A DNA stretch of 64,000 nucleotides from the human T2T-CHM13v2.0 reference genome, Homo sapiens. A program made the position numbers and the translations under genes. The notes beneath the pieces were generated by a model that searched no databases, was not told where the DNA came from, and worked only from the letters and a program-made list of their open reading frames with translations. Position 1 is the stretch's first letter; every line of letters begins with the position of its first letter. The stretch lies in NCBI RefSeq assembly GCF_009914755.1, contig NC_060947.1. One strand, written 5' to 3'. Below are positions 57,426 through 64,000 of this stretch, in pieces.

Positions 57426-58920
57426 GCTTTAAAGGGGGAGCAGAGAAAACCCTCAAGGGCTGAGCAGGGATTGGACATTCTCAGAGGCCGTAAGATCTAT
57501 TGGATTACATGTGTAGTTTAAATTTTGACTTGTAAAAAGAAGTCCTTAGGAATGATCATGCTAGCAACTATCAGAGATAAACTATGAACTAAGACAAGAA
57601 GAGTATGAAGACAGTTTTGCTTAAAATATTTCAATTTTTAAAGGTGGAAGGTAGAATATGGATTAAAAATGATTGATAGGATACTAATGGGCAGAGCAGG
57701 AAGAAATTCCTTAATGGCGCCCATCATTTACAATGAAGGCCAAGTTCTGCTCGGCCTCCTTCCGGTGAGATATATCAGAATGTCAGAGCCATTGGAAAGA
57801 CCGGCCTTGTGATGGTGACATACTGCCTCAAACATCCTGCCTGCCTTGGCTCACACCCTCACCCACGCATGTGTGGAGCAGAATCATGCAATCTTGGTGA
57901 GCAAATTCTGCCCATGCCTCAGATATGTTTCCCAAATAAACCACTACCTACTCTGCCCAAATTCAAGGCTTTTGCTTCAGTGAAGACAAATTAGTTCAAG
58001 AAAGAGATTAATAGCTTACTTTACTAAATAATTCAATTCATTATAATATTTGTATGGGACACGACTCTTATTCAGGCCGTTGTTTACTTACATGGACAAC
58101 TCTTTCAATAATCTTTTGATACTGTGCCCAGCAGCCAGTCTTCCTTCCTTGTAATCCACTCACCACATCATAGTGCAAGAGAGCTTTATTTCATGGAAAT
58201 TTTCATCCTGCCTGTTTGATTTAAACTCTTCAATCTCTCCACCAATCATTGGTATACAAAGAAACTCCCTGGTGTGGCCCAGGAGGCTTTCGCGATCTGT
58301 TCTTGTCTCCAGCTTCCTGGCTCACCTATCCTCCCAACCTAAGACACACTTTAACCACATGGATCAATTTTCTGTTCCATAAATATATTCTCCTTGTCTC
58401 TGGGCTTTTGCCCATGCTGTTCCTTCTGCATGGAACACTGTGTCCTCACATCCCCTGCTCCTAACCTACCTTGGAAAGCCTCTCAAGGTTGTGCTGGGGC
58501 ACCCTGGCTTTGTCAACTTAGAACCTCTCATGGTTATTCCAGTCAGAGATTTCACATATTGAATGTTAATTAGGATTAATGTGCTTTATTCCCCAATAGT
58601 CTAGGACCTTTTTGAGAGAGAAGCACACCTTAGGGAGTTGAAGATACTCATAATATCCTTAGCATCTTGCACAGCATCCCAAACACACTTGGTGCTCAAA
58701 CATATCTTTTGAAGGAACAAATATTTACATGTTCAAATGCAAATCAAATAATGCTGATCTAAGTGTGCATAGGTATTGTGCCATTTGTTGTATGACTGTA
58801 AAGAAATATATCATCATGTTATATTCTCTTATGTACTTTTAGAATTACTTTGAGAGGGTCTTTTTGACAACTCATAACAACCCTCAAGTTGTTAAAATAT
58901 TCCCATTTTAAAACTGAAGG

Positions 58921-59185
58921 AACACTAAATGCATTGTGGGATCCTGGATTGGGTCCCGGAATAGGAAAGGAACATTAGTGGAAAGCTGGTAAAATCTGAA
59001 TAAAGTCTGGAGTTTAGTTATGAGTAATTCATCAATGTTAATTTCTTAGTTATGATAACTGTACCAAGGTTACATAAGATGTTAATATTTGGGCAAACTG
59101 GGTTAAGGGTGTACAGAACTCTCTGTATTATCTATGGATTTCCTGTAAATCTACAGCTATTCCAAAATAAAAAATCTATTTAAAA
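58921..59185 (+). mobile_element. L1MC/MD 3'-end fragment inserted in a MIR relic
   Basis: gggatcctggattgg..cc.ggaa...aatctgaataaagtct...ccaaaataaaaa; flanks tgaaggaac/tgaagaaac. Confidence 0.7.
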
Positions 59186-59584
59186 ATATGAAGAAACTAG
59201 CCATATAGCTATATGGGTACCAAGTGGGAAAGCCACAGTCTTCTCATTCGTAATTCAGTGCTCTCTTTACATCCCTTGTTCTTCCTCTAGGATCCAACAC
59301 ATTCCTCTAGGATACAACACTTGTACTGAGAAACAAGGATATAGGTTAAATGAGGGTTCCCCTTGAAAAGCACTTAATTGTTCCTGTTGACTGCCTGGCA
59401 ACCTCACAACATGGCGCCATACCGACACACTCCAATTTGCTTTCTCTTGGGAGGTCTTATGCAAATAAACACCATGTTACATAACATAATATTCCTAGAT
59501 CAAAAGGATGTAAAGAAAGAAGAGAGGATAAAACAAAACACATGTGGACAGAGAGAGGGAGATGACAGTATCATGAGACACACA

Positions 59585-59783
59585 TATAGGCCAGACCATT
59601 CTCTGTGATGCGCACTGTCCTGTGGATTGGGGATGTTTCCCATCATCCCTGGCCTCTACTCACTACATGCCGGTAGCATCCACCTCAGATGTGACAACTA
59701 AAAACCTCTTCCAGATATTACTAAATGTCCTGGTAGGGTGGGGTGGAGGGGGAGGAAGAAGTGTCCCTGATTGAGAACCACAG
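59585..59783 (+). mobile_element. MER20 hAT MITE (partial)
   Basis: catccctggcctctactcactacatgccggtagca...gtgacaactaaaa...ttgagaaccac. Confidence 0.75.
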
Positions 59784-60028
59784 ACTCCGACTGTTTTCTA
59801 GAATAAAAGAATTTCTGAAGAGTGATTAGTTGGCTACTCTGCTATGAAAAATAACACTATCCACCATTTACAGAGCCCCTACTGTGTGTCAGGTCTTACA
59901 TATACATCATCTACTTCTCACAAGAATGCCTCCAGGAATATTTATTTAAAAAATGAGAAGACTCAATTTTTTAAAATTGAGTAATGCAGAGAGAGTAATG
60001 GCCTCACGGCTGTGAAGGAATAGAATCA

Positions 60029-60448
<420 letters not shown>

Positions 60449-60524
60449 TTATTTGAATAGAGTTGGTAAGTGAAGTGCTTTGTCTTGGTAGTCATGTACG
60501 AAAAACTGACTTCACTAACGTAGA

Positions 60525-60925
60525 TGTGGCAGATTGCATTTTTGCCTCCAAAATTCTCCCTGCCCTGTATATCCAGGCCCAAATAACTTTGCAGGTGCTC
60601 CTTCTAAAGAGGTGCAATATATTTCCCTGTCATGTGGCTTTGAATTTGGTCAAGTGACTTGCTTTGGTCAATAGCATGAGGCTGAAATGACAATGTGCTA
60701 GTTGCAAGAGTAGGCATGACAAAACCTTGAGGGTTTCTGTTGACCCTTTGTGTCTGCCACTGCTCTGGAGAAAATATGCCTAGGATACTCTGTTTATCCC
60801 AACAGGATGAGACAGGGAACAGCTTTACCATGCAGCCAACGCCCAGCCAGTGCAGGAGTGAACCAAGCAGCGATCAGCCAACCCCAACCGACCTCCAACA
60901 GGGAAGCTAAGAAATGATCATCATC
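60525..60925 (+). mobile_element. MLT1 (H-like) MaLR LTR relic
   Basis: tgtggcagattgcattttt...gtgacttgctttggtcaatagcatgaggctgaaatgac. Confidence 0.65.
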
Positions 60926-61073
60926 CCTAGGATGACTGGTTTCAGAGTGGAGTGGGGCTGTTGCTCTGGCTGCATCCTGCAGGATGTGGGTTGGGGAGCA
61001 GACCGAGTATTTATGATGCTTGGAAGAATATGTAGGAAAAGGAAGCCCATCTTGTTTTGCAGCTGGTTGATGG
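60907..61073 (-). CDS. MID1: Candidate MID1 alternative stop-containing exon (xINQLQNKMGFLFLHILPS...GMMIIS*)
   Basis: Acceptor gttttcag|CC, branch-like ctgAt 20 nt upstream; phase 1 like the next constitutive exon; frame open for 54 further codons (ORF 60907..61125). Confidence 0.5.
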
Positions 61074-61642
61074 CTGAAAACATCTCTTTGGTATCAGGTC
61101 CAACTCCCCTCTCTCCTTTTTCCACCCATCAATCTCCACTCCAATAGAACCTTTTTCCAAACCCTTGGTGACCAGGCTGTCAAGAAGTTTCCTGACTCTG
61201 TTGAATTTCCTTCACTGATCCCTGGGAGAGGGCTGGGCCCCCTCCACTTCCAGAGGACTCCAAAGCCACCACCCCACTCCTCTTTCAATTGATTTGCAAG
61301 TCAAAGGGTTAGTTCCTTTGATCTTGAGGCAACTTATACTTTACCAGATTCTCAAGAAGCAGTCCCTTAATCTTTTTTTGGTCTCACCTCTTTGATAATC
61401 TAATAAAACCTTTCTGTAGTAAGAAATTCACAAATGCATATACACACCAAACCACAAATATATGCATAGAATTTCAAGGTAGTCACAGGCTCCCGAAGCC
61501 TGTCTTTGAATCTTACTGAATACTTACTTACTCCATCTTTTGAGTTAAAAATTATTCATGGTATTGTCACAGTTGAAAAATTCACCTTATATGATTTCCA
61601 TCTTGGGTGCATAATATTTTCAAGTACACATCAGTGAATTAA

Positions 61643-61695
61643 ATATATATATATATATATGTATGTATGTATATATCATCTAAAGATATCTAAAG

Positions 61696-61727
<32 letters not shown>
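61643..61727. repeat. Compound microsatellite (TA)n(TATG)n...(CA)~15
   Basis: Read directly from the sequence. Confidence 0.93.
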
Positions 61728-61729
<2 letters not shown>

Positions 61730-64000
61730 TTGGTCTTGTGAATTTTCTGTTGCCTTTTTTTTTTTTTTTCTCTAACCTGCAAACATTTTCGCCAGTGGAC
61801 TGCCAGATTTGAAAAAGCCAGCTTGAAGCAAGAATGTAATTTAGGACTCATAGAAGGGTTTGAGTGTGTGTGTGTTTATATTTGGAGATTCAGCAGAGCA
61901 ATAAGAGGCACAATCCATCCCTCCTCCCCAAATTTATTTTCTCTAATTCTTAGCCCTCTGTTTTCCTACCAATTCTCATTTGCATATGATGCAGGAAAAC
62001 ATCCACAAATAGTTTAGTAACATGGGAATCTCCTTACTATATATCCCTTCTGATCTTCCTTCACCTTACCTTTTCCTTGAACATAGCTATAATAAACTCC
62101 ATACTTCTGGATAATGCCACAGCCAAATATTAGATTTTGATCCAATCAAAGAAGGGTCATTTTGAACTCTGAGTTCTGGGCCCCAAGAGGCCTATAACTC
62201 TCTTTAGGTACTTAATATTATTACAGTAGTAATAAAACAAAAAATTAGCTTTTCTATTATGTAGGATAGTGTACTCATATTCCTAGATCTTTGTCAATGG
62301 CAGTCAGCCACGAATGAGAACAATTAAGGCATTCAGTAGATTCAAATGAGAATCGTATCAATTTCACTGCCTTTATACTGTTCCTGTTTAATTGAATATG
62401 TTACAAAAAAATGACTATTGTGGTCAAAGAAAGCAAGTGTAAAAATGTTTCAATAAACTTTACATCACTGTACAACCCAAAAGCTGGGTTTAATGTGGTG
62501 GGGGAACGCTTTCAGTAACATCATAAAGCAGATGTCTGAAATTGCTGAAAACTGTAACTTGGCCTAAAATCCAAAGTCTTAACCCAACAAAGATTTTATG
62601 TTTCAGAAACCTTTTCCAAACAAAAAGGGACTCTGACTATCCTGATTATTTTGAAGAGGTCCCTATTTTTTCCTTGAAAATTAAAAGAACAAAATGTTTA
62701 TGAAGTAGTAAAATTTCATTGGTTAGCTTTATACTGGGACAATCTACTTTCATGAATACTAACAAACACTATTACTGTTTAGGTTTACCTTTATGTTATT
62801 ATTATTGCCAAGATAATAATTGAGAAGTTGATTAAAAATGCCAGGAAAGCAACATTGACAATTTTCTTCTGGGGGCTGGAGTAAGTGGGGTGACTTGGAG
62901 TGCACCATTACCGGTGTTGGTCTTACGCCAGCACCACCTAACTTCTTGCATATGGCACTGAGTTTGCTTAAGCAAGACTTCTCTGCCTTGACACCCCACT
63001 GTGTTAGGACTCTTGACCAGGCTTTATTCATCTCTTTATGAAACACCCACACAACCATCCTGATTGAAACTTCACTTTTCTCCAAACTCATTTTCAGTCA
63101 TCTTTGAGGGTGTTCCAACATTCACCTCCTCCGACTCAGTTTAAAATAACAACGGAGCTTGGAAAATAATTTGTCCACAATGAAACCTAATTAATTGAGT
63201 TTTTTGATTTTATACATTTTTTTTTTCATTCACAATGGGTTAGAAGCATTTCCCTACATAATGTGGCTCATTATAAGATCTTAATTACATCTGGGATTTC
63301 AGAGCCTTGTATGGCAACTGTCATCTTGCCACAAAAAATTATGTGTAAAAATGTCACATGATGTGGACAGTCTTAGGAGAGGCTGCACACTGGTTTCTAA
63401 CATCCTTTGTCTCTTCCAACAGACTGGACAGAAGTGAACATTCCTTTCCTTCTCCTCTGTAAAAATAGTATATGTTTAATAATTTTCATGAATGTTTTCT
63501 AAGTGACTACAATAAATTAAAAACAGATAACTACTTAGCCATTAAGGCTTGAAAAAAATGCAGCTTTTGATTTCTGCTAAGAATAAGAATAGGCTGCTGG
63601 GGAAAGGACCCAATTTAAGACTTAAAATGAAGCATCAAAAGTAGTTTTAGAGAAAACGTGGCAAACGTTGTAAAATTAAATAAATATCTAGTTATTGATA
63701 AGCAATTCATTAACATCTATAGTCATAACTCTATTAACAAAAATAAAAAATAAAAATTAATGTCATTACTTTTGCATTTGAATGTATGTATTTCATTAGT
63801 GAGGGCCTTTTCGTAAGATTGAAAAAGCTCCATAGATATTATCTAAGTCTCCTTCACTAACGCCAGTTGAAGGCAATTAACTACAATTTATTAGGATGAG
63901 TGAAGGAACCATGACCTAGAGACAGTAAAAGATTTTCTAGTGATATAAGGAGCTACAGCCAGGTTTTGAGCATTATATCTTCTCATTTTCAGTAGAGTTT

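Overview
This is primate DNA, almost certainly human Xp22.2, not a prokaryotic or accessory locus. The right third holds the 3' end of MID1 (TRIM18, the Opitz G/BBB E3 ligase) on the minus strand. It has three coding exons with canonical GT-AG junctions (60205-60366, 55429-55636, 49927-50275) encoding the end of the FN3 domain and the B30.2/PRY-SPRY domain, followed by a ~4 kb 3'UTR with several poly(A) signals, the most distal at 45889-45894. The left ~45 kb is intergenic and dominated by transposon relics: Alu, L1PA/L1MB/L1ME, L2, MIR, MaLR/ERV1 LTRs and many hAT MITEs (MER58, MER20, MER33, MER3, MER5, MER45A). Nearly all other ORFs in the track are repeat-derived or chance ORFs. I see no support for a wholly new biological system. 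The best leads are: three sequence-encoded routes to SPRY-less MID1 isoforms; miRNA sites gated by alternative polyadenylation; two short non-tandem local duplications about 0.9-1 kb apart; a 3'-truncated yet polyadenylated L1PA; a CpG-rich MER20 in the 3'UTR; and a repeat-poor, CpG-retaining intergenic block. Repeat subfamily names and old-repeat boundaries are by-eye calls and need RepeatMasker/Dfam confirmation.
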